From NCBI GenBank assembly GCA_020628915.1, contig JAHDEI010000002.1, positions 7,153 through 71,152 of the forward strand: DNA of 64,000 nucleotides, written 5' to 3'. Of the stretch, positions 1 to 9,821 are shown piece by piece. The notes under the pieces are model-generated. The model searched no databases and had not been told where the DNA came from. It worked only from the letters and a program-made list of their open reading frames with translations. Every line of letters starts with the position of its first letter. Positions within the stretch are counted from its first letter, which is position 1. Source of the DNA: Minisyncoccota bacterium. GTDB lineage: Bacteria; Patescibacteriota; Minisyncoccia; Phycocordibacterales; GCA-2747955. A program made the translations under genes and the position numbers.

Positions 1-1447
1 AATCCATGTCACCATAATGATCTTCTTTTCCTAAGATATCAGACAAGATTTTATAGTTGTTGTCAGACTCATAAACCAGACCAATCGCAACACCTGCGAC
101 ATGTCCAGGCAATGGAACACCCACATCATGTAACGCTAATGACGTCCCACAGGTAGATCCCATTGATGTAGATCCATTCGAAGAAAGTACCTCTGAGACC
201 ACTCTCATGGTATACGGAAAATCTTCTGGAGACGGGATGACTCTCCTAAATGCTTTTTCTGCAAGTGCTCCATGACCAATCTCCCGCCTACCTGGTGATC
301 CCATACGTCCGACTTCTCCTACTGAATATGGTGGGAAGTTATAATGGTGAATAAAATTTGTATCTGCATTAATCTCCATGCCATCAATATGCAGAGAGTC
401 ATCAAGTTGCCCTAGGGTTGCAACAGAAAGAACATGTGTCTCACCACGATAAAATAGTCCAGATCCATGCACTACATCCGAGACTCCACCTGCCTGCGCG
501 TAAATAGACCGTACTGTATCTAAATCTCGTCCGTCAATTCGATTTTCTGAATTTAAAATTGACGATCGAACTACGTCCTTGAGCCCACTATCAAAAGTAG
601 ACTGCATCTCAGAATACGTTGCGTCTTCGAACGACTCTCCGACAGATTCTTTAAAGATAGAAAACCACTGATCTCTCGTCTTCTTGTTATCCACTCCAGA
701 AATATCTTTCAACACAAGGGGTGTAACCATATCTTTGAATACATTTTCTAGACGGTTATTCTTATCTGTGAGCTCAATTTTTTCTTTTTTGTGCTCAGAA
801 ATAATATCCATCAGAAAAGTATCAAGTTTTGCAACCTCATCGATTGCAAGCGAAATCCCAGAAAGAATGGTTGGCTCTGAGGTTTGCGATGCTTCGGTTT
901 CTAGCATGCAAAGTCTACCGTCTCGTGCCGCAACTGTTGCTTCATACCATGATTCTGCACGTTGTTTGTATGTAGGAGAGAGAACCTCACCGTCCTCGTT
1001 TGCTGATACACGCACAGCCCCAACAAATCCTCGCCACGGAATAGAAGAAATCTCGAGCGCAAGTGATGTCGCGTTCAATGCCACTACATCTGGATCATGA
1101 TCTCCCAGTGACAAAACAGTTACCACAATCAAAATATCTCGATTAAAGTCTTTGGGGAAAAATGGGCGTACAGCACGGTCAATTAATCTCGCAGTTAGGG
1201 TTGCCTCCGTTGAAGGCCGACCTTCTCGTTTGTTGTATTTGCCGCCAAGGATTTCTCCCCTGGCATAATATCGTTCTTGATACTCAACCTTGAGTGGCAT
1301 GTAGTCTTTGTCAGTTGGACCTCCCAGTGCGACAGCAACCATTACCTTGGTGTCCCCCATCGAAGCAATAACGGATGACTCGGCATGTGACATCCAATCG
1401 TTTAATTCAAAGATAATATCTTCTTGACCCAATTTGTGTGTGTACAT
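1..1447 (-). CDS. pnp: polyribonucleotide nucleotidyltransferase (PNPase), 3' end outside window
   Basis: Manual translation from ATG 1447: ...DYMPLKVEYQERYYARGEILGGKYNKREGRPS...RLIDRAVRP...HGSGLFYRGETHVL...HHYNFPPYSVGEVG...RREIGHGALA...EVLSSNGSTSMGS, the RNase PH domain motifs. Absent from the ORF track because it runs off the edge. Confidence 0.95.
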   Translation of the reverse strand, partial: MYTHKLGQEDIIFELNDWMSHAESSVIASMGDTKVMVAVALGGPTDKDYMPLKVEYQERYYARGEILGGKYNKREGRPSTEATLTARLIDRAVRPFFPKDFNRDILIVVTVLSLGDHDPDVVALNATSLALEISSIPWRGFVGAVRVSANEDGEVLSPTYKQRAESWYEATVAARDGRLCMLETEASQTSEPTILSGISLAIDEVAKLDTFLMDIISEHKKEKIELTDKNNRLENVFKDMVTPLVLKDISGVDNKKTRDQWFSIFKESVGESFEDATYSEMQSTFDSGLKDVVRSSILNSENRIDGRDLDTVRSIYAQAGGVSDVVHGSGLFYRGETHVLSVATLGQLDDSLHIDGMEINADTNFIHHYNFPPYSVGEVGRMGSPGRREIGHGALAEKAFRRVIPSPEDFPYTMRVVSEVLSSNGSTSMGSTCGTSLALHDVGVPLPGHVAGVAIGLVYESDNNYKILSDILGKEDHYGDMD

Positions 1448-1524
1448 TTTTTTATTCATAAAAAGAATTGTAACAAAAAGGCACCGCGAAACGGCACCTT
1501 ATAAAACGATAACTTACAACGTAG

Positions 1525-1968
1525 CTATTCATCGAGAAGGATATTATCTTCGGTATCAAACAACATTCGGCGAACAGGCGTTTCATCTCTATAAAATGAA
1601 ATAAGATATCGACCCGGAGATTCATCTGAGTCAGTTCTCGTTTTGCGTTGGAGTCTGCAGTGAAACTGGTCTGCTTTCGATGGCCCCCTGTTCGCACTAC
1701 CAACCGCTTCGTCGAGAAATAGGATGCCGTCTTTTATAAGGCTCACCTTCGCGTGAGACTTTGACTCCACCAAGATTACCAAGACAGATTTTTTACCGAC
1801 TTGGATCTCATAAGCATATTTTTTAGCACAATCAATAGAAATCGTTGTGTATTTTGTGTCTTCGAACTCTGAGAAATTCCAACTACCAGATACCTCCATG
1901 ATACCAGAAGATGTTATTTTGACTGATTCTAATTTATTTAGATGCGAAATGAGCATGCTTTTACTCAT
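1525..1968 (-). CDS. hypothetical protein (orphan)
   Basis: ORF; AAGGAG RBS before ATG 1968 (MSKSM...). Confidence 0.65.
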   Translation of the reverse strand: MSKSMLISHLNKLESVKITSSGIMEVSGSWNFSEFEDTKYTTISIDCAKKYAYEIQVGKKSVLVILVESKSHAKVSLIKDGILFLDEAVGSANRGPSKADQFHCRLQRKTRTDSDESPGRYLISFYRDETPVRRMLFDTEDNILLDE

Positions 1969-2053
1969 AATTCTTCTCCTTTCTTTCTGGAGAATACTAT
2001 ACCACAAATTATGGGATTTAAAAGAGCGACGGCATAGCCGTCGCTCTTTGCTA

Positions 2054-2629
2054 CTATTTTTTCAGTGCAATTTTTTTAACTTTCTTGAGCATCTTTTCTC
2101 GTGCCTGATCGTTTCTGTTGTGGAACATGTTTGAAAACGTCGTGATCGATGAAATCTTTGTTCCAGTGTAGCTATGCAAGAAACCGCCAAGGGTCAGGAA
2201 ATGAAGAATCGGATTATAAATCCAATATAACCACCGTGGTCCATCTGCAGTGAGGAAAAATCGAACTCTCTTTCCTTCTAACATTTTTACCAGTCCATCT
2301 TTTGTATACTTAAACGCAAACCCAGCAGTGAAATTCACATCAAAAAAGTTTTTCAAAATTGCTGGAACACCCATCTGCCACACCGGTGAGATAAAAATCA
2401 TTTCGTCAGACCATGTAATATCATTCTGAATCATTGTTTTTGTTTCAGTTGGACCACAATCTTTTTTAATATCTTCAAAACAAAGAAACGGCTGCGCGTA
2501 CTTTTCGTCAAACAAATCAATTACTCGGACTTCACTACCTTGCTCTTCCCTGGTCTTTTTGTATGTATCAGCAATTTTATGCGTAAATCCCCATGTCGAA
2601 GGATGCGCCTTAACAATTAATGTGTTCAT
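2054..2629 (-). CDS. flavodoxin-like NAD(P)H-dependent oxidoreductase (Flavodoxin_2, MdaB/KefF family)
   Basis: AHPS...S/T FMN-binding start, SPVWQMGVPAILKNFFD...GFAF motif. Confidence 0.88.
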   Translation of the reverse strand: MNTLIVKAHPSTWGFTHKIADTYKKTREEQGSEVRVIDLFDEKYAQPFLCFEDIKKDCGPTETKTMIQNDITWSDEMIFISPVWQMGVPAILKNFFDVNFTAGFAFKYTKDGLVKMLEGKRVRFFLTADGPRWLYWIYNPILHFLTLGGFLHSYTGTKISSITTFSNMFHNRNDQAREKMLKKVKKIALKK

Positions 2630-2632
2630 ATT

Positions 2633-3616
2633 TTAAAAATTAAATAATTCTGAAAAGTTCTCTCTAATATCTTGCCTCAACGAACGCAACAAAGGATCTT
2701 TATAAAAATGTAGAATTTTTTGTTCATATTCGTCATCTCCAGTTGGCGGATCAGTAAAGACAAAGAATTCAAATGTTTCTGCTGAATCTTCCACTGGTGT
2801 GGTTGTTGAGTATGGAGTAACAAAACGATCTTCGTTCTCTTCAAAATATTCGACCGACAACTCTTCTCTCTCGTCTTGATCTGCTCTTTCTACTTCTTCT
2901 GCGTGGTCAAAATCGTTTTCTGTCCAAAATTCTTGAACAAATTTATTTAGATAAGAATCTTCATTAAAACACACACCTGCTTCAAAAAACGTATCACACC
3001 TGCTCTCCCTGATTGATCCGTTATATTCTTCTTCATTTAGGGTTAAGATATGAAAAAACTCGTGAGTGAGCGTGCTCACTAGTTGTTTATGCTTGAGCTC
3101 ACTTTGATTGTGTACTTTTGCTAGATTGACCCCAAGAATCCATTTAGTTGGATCATTCCTGTCCGTTTCAACATACGCTGCAAACACATCGTCTTCATCA
3201 TAATACACACGATAAAAGCCGACATAGTCCTTAATATATTCACGTGGAGATATATCTCTAAAGTCATCCCATATTTCAACCACAATTTCTGGCAGTAACC
3301 CGGTTCCTTCCAGCGCCAGTGTTGCGTCTGATCTAACAGCATATGTACTGTCTTCAAACTGTGATAAATCTTTCGTTATTGTCTGTGCTTGAGCTTGTTC
3401 GGCTAGTAGTTTTTGTACTTCTGCAAGTAGTTCTGCAATGAGCTGTTCTAGAACCTTGATTAGTTCTTGGCGAACTTGTTCACACAACTGATCACCATTA
3501 CAGTTTTGATACGCAGAAAAATCTGAGGTTGGTGAAACAGCAACACTGACGGTCTGTTGACCATACGTAAAAAACGGAATGAGTAAGATGGTAAAAATGA
3601 GGGCAAACCTTTTCAT
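2633..3616 (-). CDS. secreted putative zinc metallopeptidase
   Basis: Signal peptide, coiled-coil segment, HEFFH (HExxH), FVTPYSTT.P.ED.AETF zincin motif. Confidence 0.75.
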   Translation of the reverse strand: MKRFALIFTILLIPFFTYGQQTVSVAVSPTSDFSAYQNCNGDQLCEQVRQELIKVLEQLIAELLAEVQKLLAEQAQAQTITKDLSQFEDSTYAVRSDATLALEGTGLLPEIVVEIWDDFRDISPREYIKDYVGFYRVYYDEDDVFAAYVETDRNDPTKWILGVNLAKVHNQSELKHKQLVSTLTHEFFHILTLNEEEYNGSIRESRCDTFFEAGVCFNEDSYLNKFVQEFWTENDFDHAEEVERADQDEREELSVEYFEENEDRFVTPYSTTTPVEDSAETFEFFVFTDPPTGDDEYEQKILHFYKDPLLRSLRQDIRENFSELFNF

Positions 3617-3623
3617 AATGCAA

Positions 3624-4520
3624 TTATAACAAAACTTTCTCAGTCTTGATTGCTATTCCTCGTTTACTACTGCGAATGCTGTCTCTGCTCATTGTTAACG
3701 TTCCTATTGCAACTAGCCTCCCCCAAGAATCGAACACCGTAACGTAATCGCCAACAACGGCTGAGCTATCGACTGACTTGACACCTGGGACAAAGACGTC
3801 GTTACCTGAGGTAATGTACTTTTCTACTCCTGGTTTTAAAACTACTTTCCGGAATTGTGGCTCTGGAACAGCACTGGTTAAAGGGCATATTTGAGTCCTT
3901 AATTTCTTTCGGGCACGCATTCTCTTAAAAAGATTCCATCTAGTCGAATCATGCGCAAGTATTTCAAGATCGCCTGCGCTAACCCAGCGATCTTTTTCTG
4001 AAAAGGGTCCTACTTTTACCCGATGGAGGTCCCCCATATGTGCACGTACCCCCAAATATTCACCCATATCGTGAAAAAGTTTTCTGATGTATGTGCCGCG
4101 TTCGACGGCACAAAAAAGCGTAGCTTTTTTGTGCTCGTAGTCAAAGTCTTTTATTTCCAATCCGTAGACTTCGCGCTCTCGCTCCACCCTCTTTACTGAT
4201 GATTTACGTGGTGGCAACTGCCTGATCTTGCCTAAAAATTCTTCAATGACTTCTTCTAGTTGCGCTTTCGTCACATGGTCGTGAAATATGATTTCGCCAA
4301 CGTACTGCTTTTCCGACATCAGCATGTATTCAAGAACCTTTGTGCCCTTTCCATAACCAACAACCAACAAACCTGTCACTTTTGGATCTAACGTTCCCGA
4401 ATGCCCGACTTTGACATTCATACCCAATTTTCTCAAGGCGCGCTTAACTGCCACCACCTCGTCATGTGATGTTCTGCCGGCCTGCTTGTTGAGCAAAATA
4501 ATACCACTCTTCGGAATCAT
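3624..4520 (-). CDS. truB: tRNA pseudouridine synthase of TruB/Cbf5 family, archaeal Cbf5-like with C-terminal PUA domain
   Basis: GHSGTLDPKVTG catalytic Asp motif, QLPPRKSSVKR, GTYIRKL.HD.G..LG..AHM..L.R...GPF, PUA-like C-terminus. Confidence 0.88.
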   Translation of the reverse strand: MIPKSGIILLNKQAGRTSHDEVVAVKRALRKLGMNVKVGHSGTLDPKVTGLLVVGYGKGTKVLEYMLMSEKQYVGEIIFHDHVTKAQLEEVIEEFLGKIRQLPPRKSSVKRVEREREVYGLEIKDFDYEHKKATLFCAVERGTYIRKLFHDMGEYLGVRAHMGDLHRVKVGPFSEKDRWVSAGDLEILAHDSTRWNLFKRMRARKKLRTQICPLTSAVPEPQFRKVVLKPGVEKYITSGNDVFVPGVKSVDSSAVVGDYVTVFDSWGRLVAIGTLTMSRDSIRSSKRGIAIKTEKVLL

Positions 4521-5257
4521 GATTTCATCATTATTACTCCCATATTATTAATTCTCTCGCCACCTTGATACGAATACAATGCCTCGTCTGTCTTGGTGTC
4601 TATGTGTGATATTTCAATATTATTCTCGTCTATTCCCGTCTCTAATAACTGCTCGGTCACCACCTTGCCGAGATCAACATGAAAATCTGTGTCTGTTCTT
4701 TTGATTCCACCTTTCTGTTCAAAATATAGATTAGCTGGCTCTCCCTCAAAATCACTGAGGGGAAATTTGTAGCTCTCTCTTGAAATGTGAGGCCCAACCC
4801 AAACCAAAAGATCTTTGGGGGTTGATGCAAAATCAACTACCATTCTCTTAATTGTTTTTGGAACAATTTCTGAATAAACTCCTCTCCAGCCAGAATGGAT
4901 TGCCGCAATGATACCGTTCTCTGGATCGTATATAAACGTTGGAACGCAATCAGATGCAAAAACAGCCAGTCCAACGTTTTTTTGATCAGTTATCAAAGCA
5001 TCAGCCTCATCAATGAACCCTTGACCTGCATGTTCTTTTTTAACAACAACCACTCTGTCCGAATGACATTGCTTTAGCTCCACAACATCATCCTGAGATA
5101 GTCCCAGGTCGGTAAAGTATCCCAATCTGTTTGTGGTCGTTTCGTCTGACCATGCTCCACCCATCTTTTCACCAAACGGTGCCAAAGGTCCATACGCCTT
5201 GGTCGAAAAACCGCACGTAATGTTTTGTGGGAACAACGACGGAGTTATATATTTCAT
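4517..5257 (-). CDS. pgeF: YfiH/PgeF (laccase-domain, purine nucleoside phosphorylase-like) protein
   Basis: Q.HS, ADALIT, SDCVP, HSGWRG, GPHI motifs; start moved to ATG 5257 after TGTTATAAT. Confidence 0.88.
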   Translation of the reverse strand: MKYITPSLFPQNITCGFSTKAYGPLAPFGEKMGGAWSDETTTNRLGYFTDLGLSQDDVVELKQCHSDRVVVVKKEHAGQGFIDEADALITDQKNVGLAVFASDCVPTFIYDPENGIIAAIHSGWRGVYSEIVPKTIKRMVVDFASTPKDLLVWVGPHISRESYKFPLSDFEGEPANLYFEQKGGIKRTDTDFHVDLGKVVTEQLLETGIDENNIEISHIDTKTDEALYSYQGGERINNMGVIMMKS

Positions 5258-5306
5258 GCGTGCATTATAACAACAACGCAACCTTACGGTCGCGTTGTTG
5301 CTTGTA

Positions 5307-5594
5307 TTATTCTGGGATGCAAACCATTGGTTCATCCGGATCACTCGTCTCTGAGTCAGAAGCGTAACGATCTTTGAAATACTGAATAATATCTGCGGAC
5401 TCATACATCTGCACCCCCGCTTCGGTATCAACCAAAAATGGGATCTGTCTCTTTCCGCCTGTCTCTAACAGTTCGTCCATCCACTCTTCACGCTCGTAAA
5501 CGTCACGTTCATCATAAGAAATATTTGTGGTCTGAAGATAGTCTTTTACTCGATTACAAAATGGACAAGAGCTTTTGGTATATAAAATTAGCAT
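5307..5594 (-). CDS. glutaredoxin / GST-N domain protein
   Basis: CPFC active site, GGKRQIPFLVD...MYESADII. Confidence 0.88.
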   Translation of the reverse strand: MLILYTKSSCPFCNRVKDYLQTTNISYDERDVYEREEWMDELLETGGKRQIPFLVDTEAGVQMYESADIIQYFKDRYASDSETSDPDEPMVCIPE

Positions 5595-5711
5595 GTAGAT
5601 TTAATTTATTTCTAATACTTTAATTATACACTCCCTGTCAAATATTTGTTCAAAAAAAATTGATTTAGCTATGGATTTATTTATAATCTAGAAAGAATGA
5701 AAGGAGAAAAT

Positions 5712-6320
5712 ATGACTTCAGTAATTGCAGTTGATTTTGACGACGTCGTGTGTGACTTTAATTGGAAATACATCGATCACCACAACGAAACATACGGTGA
5801 TCCACGTATGACCCGTGAAAAAGCACATACCTTTGATATGGCAGCGCTCTATGGAATTACTCCGGATGAGGTTGTGAAACGTGTCAGAAATTTTTGCACA
5901 AACCACCACGGTGAAATCAAATTACACAGAGGAGCCGATCGAGGCCTCCATGAGTTATCACGAAAACATGAGTTACACATTGTGACCAGTCGTTGCGAGT
6001 CTTTTCGAGAAACCACAATGGACTGGATGGAGGAAAAAGGAGTCCTAGGGTACTTTAGTGGATTGCACTTTACCAATGGATTCGGAACTCTCTTCCCCGA
6101 ACGCAAGCGGACAAAATTACAAGTTTGCGAGAAAATTCAGGCAATAGCATTAATTGAGGACTCTCCTGGCAATGCACATATTGTTGCTGATGGAGGCATT
6201 CCGGTAGTAGTCCCTGAATACGCCTGGAATACTGGCAAGCTCGACCATGACCGTATTCATGTCGTAAATGATTGGACCACTATTCCTGCGGTTATTGCAG
6301 AAATTGGTGCATTTGGATAA
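5712..6320 (+). CDS. HAD-family 5'(3')-deoxyribonucleotidase (NT5C-like)
   Basis: IAVDFDDV (DxD), IVTSR, K...C...LIEDS motifs; AAGGAG RBS. Confidence 0.82.
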   Translation: MTSVIAVDFDDVVCDFNWKYIDHHNETYGDPRMTREKAHTFDMAALYGITPDEVVKRVRNFCTNHHGEIKLHRGADRGLHELSRKHELHIVTSRCESFRETTMDWMEEKGVLGYFSGLHFTNGFGTLFPERKRTKLQVCEKIQAIALIEDSPGNAHIVADGGIPVVVPEYAWNTGKLDHDRIHVVNDWTTIPAVIAEIGAFG

Positions 6321-6409
6321 TGCAAAAGACCCGCACACAGCGGGTCTTTTTATCTTATTGACATACTCATATCTCAGAATATACTTATGAGCAGGAGAAA
6401 GAGTGAGCA

Positions 6410-6724
6410 ATGAAGCAAAAATTTTTTATTTTCGCACAAGAGCCTGAGGACATGAGCATCTTTATCGATGGATTAGAAGCATCTGATTACGAAGTGACCT
6501 TATTTGATTCAAATAATGAGGAAATACTACTTGGTCAAATTGAGAAAATCATGAAATCTTTTAATATCATCTATGTGAGCATCGAGACACAAACTGAATA
6601 CACAAACGATCTTCTTGATTATCTGATTGTTGGCAAAGAAAACGGACTGGTCGTGCTCATTGGTAGTAGTGATGCACACATTATTGATTTATGTGCACAA
6701 AAGGGCCTCATTAAAAAAATTTAA
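6410..6724 (+). CDS. hypothetical protein
   Basis: ORF with TTGACA(6358)-N16-TATACT promoter and AGGAG. Confidence 0.55.
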   Translation: MKQKFFIFAQEPEDMSIFIDGLEASDYEVTLFDSNNEEILLGQIEKIMKSFNIIYVSIETQTEYTNDLLDYLIVGKENGLVVLIGSSDAHIIDLCAQKGLIKKI

Positions 6725-6736
6725 TCCGAGTAAAAC

Positions 6737-6760
6737 AAAACGACGCCTCAGCGTCGTTTT
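6737..6760. terminator. bidirectional intrinsic terminator after rplB
   Basis: aaaacgacgc-ctca-gcgtcgtttt hairpin between convergent genes. Confidence 0.75.
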
Positions 6761-6764
6761 ATTA

Positions 6765-7631
6765 TTAGTTTTTGTTGTTTGCGGTTGATTTCACTTTCCT
6801 TCGTTTCACAATCATACCGTTTGAGTATTTCTTTGGATTCCTGGTCTTCTGGCCCTTTCCAGATGGCTTACCCCATTTAGTTCGAGCACGCCGATGACCT
6901 CGACCTGCTTTACCTTCACCACCACCATGAGGGTGATCTACTGGGTTCATCGCAGCACCACGTACTCGTGGTCGTCGACCCATTTTCCGAGCTCGACCTG
7001 CTTTACCAATAGTTACCAATTTATGATGTTCGTTTGATGCTTGTCCGATTGTTGCGAAACAATCTTCTGAAACCTTCCTGATTTCAGAAGAAGGCATCTT
7101 CAGGTTTACTTTTCCTTCGTCATGCGCAACCACCTCGATTGCATTTCCAGCAGAACGAGCAAATCGTGCTCCTGCTCCTGGTTTTGCTTCTACAGCAAAT
7201 ACGAATGTACCGACTGGAACATTTTTCAATGCTACTCGGTTACCTGATTTGATTTCAGCTTTTTCAGCGACAATCATTTCGTCTCCTACTACTACTCCTT
7301 TTGGAGTCAGCACGTATCGTCTCTCGCCATCTCGGTAACAGACCAGAGAAATGAATGATGATCTGTATGGATCGTATTCGATTGTTTCGATCTTTGCTGG
7401 GATATCTTTTTTATCGTAAACAAAGTCTACTTGCCTATATTTTCGCTTTACACCACCTCCTCGGAATCTAGAAGTAAGTCGTCCAAATCCGTTTCGACCT
7501 GATGTATTTTTCTTACCTTTGGTAAGAGATTTCTTTGGGTTATTTCCAGTAGATAAAAGTTCCTTGTACGGCACAACCGTCATCCCTCGTCGTCCTGGTG
7601 TTATCCCTTTGTATCGTTTTAGTGCAGCCAT
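6765..7631 (-). CDS. rplB: 50S ribosomal protein L2
   Basis: IEYDPYRS, MNPVDHPHGGGEG motifs. Confidence 0.98.
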   Translation of the reverse strand: MAALKRYKGITPGRRGMTVVPYKELLSTGNNPKKSLTKGKKNTSGRNGFGRLTSRFRGGGVKRKYRQVDFVYDKKDIPAKIETIEYDPYRSSFISLVCYRDGERRYVLTPKGVVVGDEMIVAEKAEIKSGNRVALKNVPVGTFVFAVEAKPGAGARFARSAGNAIEVVAHDEGKVNLKMPSSEIRKVSEDCFATIGQASNEHHKLVTIGKAGRARKMGRRPRVRGAAMNPVDHPHGGGEGKAGRGHRRARTKWGKPSGKGQKTRNPKKYSNGMIVKRRKVKSTANNKN

Positions 7632-7636
7632 GGTAC

Positions 7637-7936
7637 TTAGATTATGTTAATTTTATCTCCGTCCTTGAGGTAAACATATGCTTTTCGAGAGTCAGACTTT
7701 CGTCCCCACTTTCCTCGCACGAATACTTTTTTACCTTTTGTATTCAGTACGTTTACCTTGACTGGATCTACCTTATAAATTCGTTTAATTTCTTTTTTGA
7801 TTTCGTTCTTGTTTGCATCTGTTGCCACGTTGAACACGTAAACGTTTTGGTCTGCTGCGTTAGCAGCTTTTTCTGTTACGCGCGCTCCCACAAGAATTTG
7901 TTTTGGATTTTTGATATTTGTTGTCATAAGCGTCAA
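7637..7936 (-). CDS. rplW: 50S ribosomal protein L23
   Basis: TEKA...YVFNV...ANK.EIK...KAYV.L; S10-operon position. Confidence 0.95.
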   Translation of the reverse strand: MTLMTTNIKNPKQILVGARVTEKAANAADQNVYVFNVATDANKNEIKKEIKRIYKVDPVKVNVLNTKGKKVFVRGKWGRKSDSRKAYVYLKDGDKINII

Positions 7937-7938
7937 TA

Positions 7939-8616
7939 TTATGCTGCTACTGGTTCTGCAACCTTAGCTTCCAAAACAGCAATACTGTCTTGTGGGTTAG
8001 TAATAACAAGATACTTGTACTTCAGAAGATCAACTGGGTTAATCTTTCTAAACTCATCAACTGAAACATTTGAGAAGTTCCCAAATGATTTGATTACATT
8101 TTGATCAACATCAACAGTTGTAATCATTGCTCGGTTATTTTTCTTGTTTGCAAGACCTTCGAATCCTTCTACACCTGCAAGTGATGAAAGCATTGCTGCC
8201 GCATCTTTTGTCTTAGGTGCGTCAAAAGAAAGTGAGTCAACAAAGATAATTTCCCCATCTCGCATCTTTTGCGAAAGAATCGTGAACAATGCTTTCGTTT
8301 TCATTTTCTTATTAATCTTCTTTTTGAAGTTCTTTTCATTTCGAGGACCAAATGTGATTCCTCCACCAATCCAAATTGGTGAACGTCTCGATCCATGTCG
8401 TGCTCGACCTGTTCCTTTTTGTTTCCAAGGCTTTTTACCACCTCCTCGTACTTCTGATCGGTCTTTGGTGTGTGCAATGTTTGCACGCTTGTTAGACATC
8501 ATAGAGACATATACTTGGTGTACAAGTGATTCGTTCATTGGCAATCCAAAAATTGCTTCTGGCAAATTAATGTCTCCACTCTTCTTTCCTGCTTGGCTAT
8601 ATACTGGTGTTTTCAT
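7939..8616 (-). CDS. rplD: 50S ribosomal protein L4
   Basis: TKDRSEVRGGGKKPWKQKGTGRARHGS. Confidence 0.97.
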   Translation of the reverse strand: MKTPVYSQAGKKSGDINLPEAIFGLPMNESLVHQVYVSMMSNKRANIAHTKDRSEVRGGGKKPWKQKGTGRARHGSRRSPIWIGGGITFGPRNEKNFKKKINKKMKTKALFTILSQKMRDGEIIFVDSLSFDAPKTKDAAAMLSSLAGVEGFEGLANKKNNRAMITTVDVDQNVIKSFGNFSNVSVDEFRKINPVDLLKYKYLVITNPQDSIAVLEAKVAEPVAA

Positions 8617-8622
8617 ATGCGT

Positions 8623-9240
8623 CTATTTAGTTACGATTTCTACCACGTCACCTCGTTTTCCAGCCAACGCTCCCTTAATAAAAATTCGATTGTTTTCAGC
8701 ATCAATTTTAGCTACTTTCAAATTTTTGATAGTAATTCGATCTGAACCCATTCGACCAGGCATTTTCACACCTTTGAACACACGTTGTGGTCCTCCAGCA
8801 CCAATTGATCCTCCTTCACGTTCTGAGTGCTTGTTACCGTGCGATCGTCGTCCCCCCGAGAAGTTGTGTCGTTTCACACCTCCTTGGAATCCTTTACCTT
8901 TTGAAACTGAAGAAACAATAATTTTTTGTCCTTCTTCAAGTGATGAAATATCAATTGTGTCTCCAACAGAAAAACCTTCTGTTGAATCAACACGAAATTC
9001 ACATACGTTCTTGAAGTTTGAACGTCCTGATTTTGCAAAATGCCCTTGTTGTGGCTTTTTGATTTGTTTTTCGTTTCGCTCTCCTGCCGCCACTTGGATA
9101 GCATTGTATCCATCAGTATCAACAGTTTTTACTTGTGTGACAGTGTTTGGCTCAACAGAAATTGCTGTAACAGGGATTGCGTGTCCTTGCTCATCAAATA
9201 GTTGAGTCATTCCGTCTTTTGTTCCTAGAATAAATGTCAT
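8623..9240 (-). CDS. rplC: 50S ribosomal protein L3
   Basis: G.K.GMTQ, SKGKGFQGGVKRH, KMPGRMG. Confidence 0.97.
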   Translation of the reverse strand: MTFILGTKDGMTQLFDEQGHAIPVTAISVEPNTVTQVKTVDTDGYNAIQVAAGERNEKQIKKPQQGHFAKSGRSNFKNVCEFRVDSTEGFSVGDTIDISSLEEGQKIIVSSVSKGKGFQGGVKRHNFSGGRRSHGNKHSEREGGSIGAGGPQRVFKGVKMPGRMGSDRITIKNLKVAKIDAENNRIFIKGALAGKRGDVVEIVTK

Positions 9241-9389
9241 GTTTTGTCTTTAAGAGCTTCTCTGCTTTCTATAAAGCGCGAGATTCTAACATACTTAATA
9301 ATTGAGCGAGTATTCACTCTGTGTCTTTACCCAAATGAATCAGATAGAGACAGAGAGTGAAAACTCTCTGCACCAACATATGGAAATGG

Positions 9390-9743
9390 CTATGCCATTT
9401 TTACGTCAATATTGACTCCGGATGGTAGTGACAAATTAGTCAAAGCTTCGATAACTTTTGCAGATGGATTAAGAATATCAACCAATCGGGTATGAATTCT
9501 CATCTCAAACTGCTCACGCGAAGTATTGTAGATAAACGTAGAACGATTAACTGTGTACTTCTTTTTCTTGGTAGGTAATGGAATTGGTCCACGCACCTCT
9601 GCATCAAATCGAGCTGCAGCTTCGATAATTTTAGACACAGATTCATCAAGAAGTTTGTGTTCGTATGCTGATACTTTGATTCTCAATCGAGAAGCAGCGT
9701 CAGCTTTTTTCTTTGTAGTTTTTTTTGCTTTTTCTTCAGCCAT
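9390..9743 (-). CDS. rpsJ: 30S ribosomal protein S10
   Basis: GPIPLPT...SREQFEMRIH.RLVDI...LPSGV. Confidence 0.97.
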   Translation of the reverse strand: MAEEKAKKTTKKKADAASRLRIKVSAYEHKLLDESVSKIIEAAARFDAEVRGPIPLPTKKKKYTVNRSTFIYNTSREQFEMRIHTRLVDILNPSAKVIEALTNLSLPSGVNIDVKMA

Positions 9744-9821
9744 AACTAATTTATTTATTTGTTGATAGGGTATCCTCTTGATTTAAGAGAACATTGCTAT
9801 TTGTTTCTAATGTGGATTAGA

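Noticed and set aside
4517-5431. Long N-terminal extensions in track ORFs (pgeF, lepA, tmk, smpB, cfa, rpsA)
   Set aside because: They overlap neighbouring genes or promoters; downstream ATGs match family starts and extended -10 positions.
8144-9205. 353-aa plus-strand ORF and similar long ORFs (684-1100, 7598-8104, 10216-10674, 20638-21249, 40657-41133, 50143-50775)
   Set aside because: Antisense shadows of well-identified conserved genes; S/P/T-rich with no motifs or RBS.
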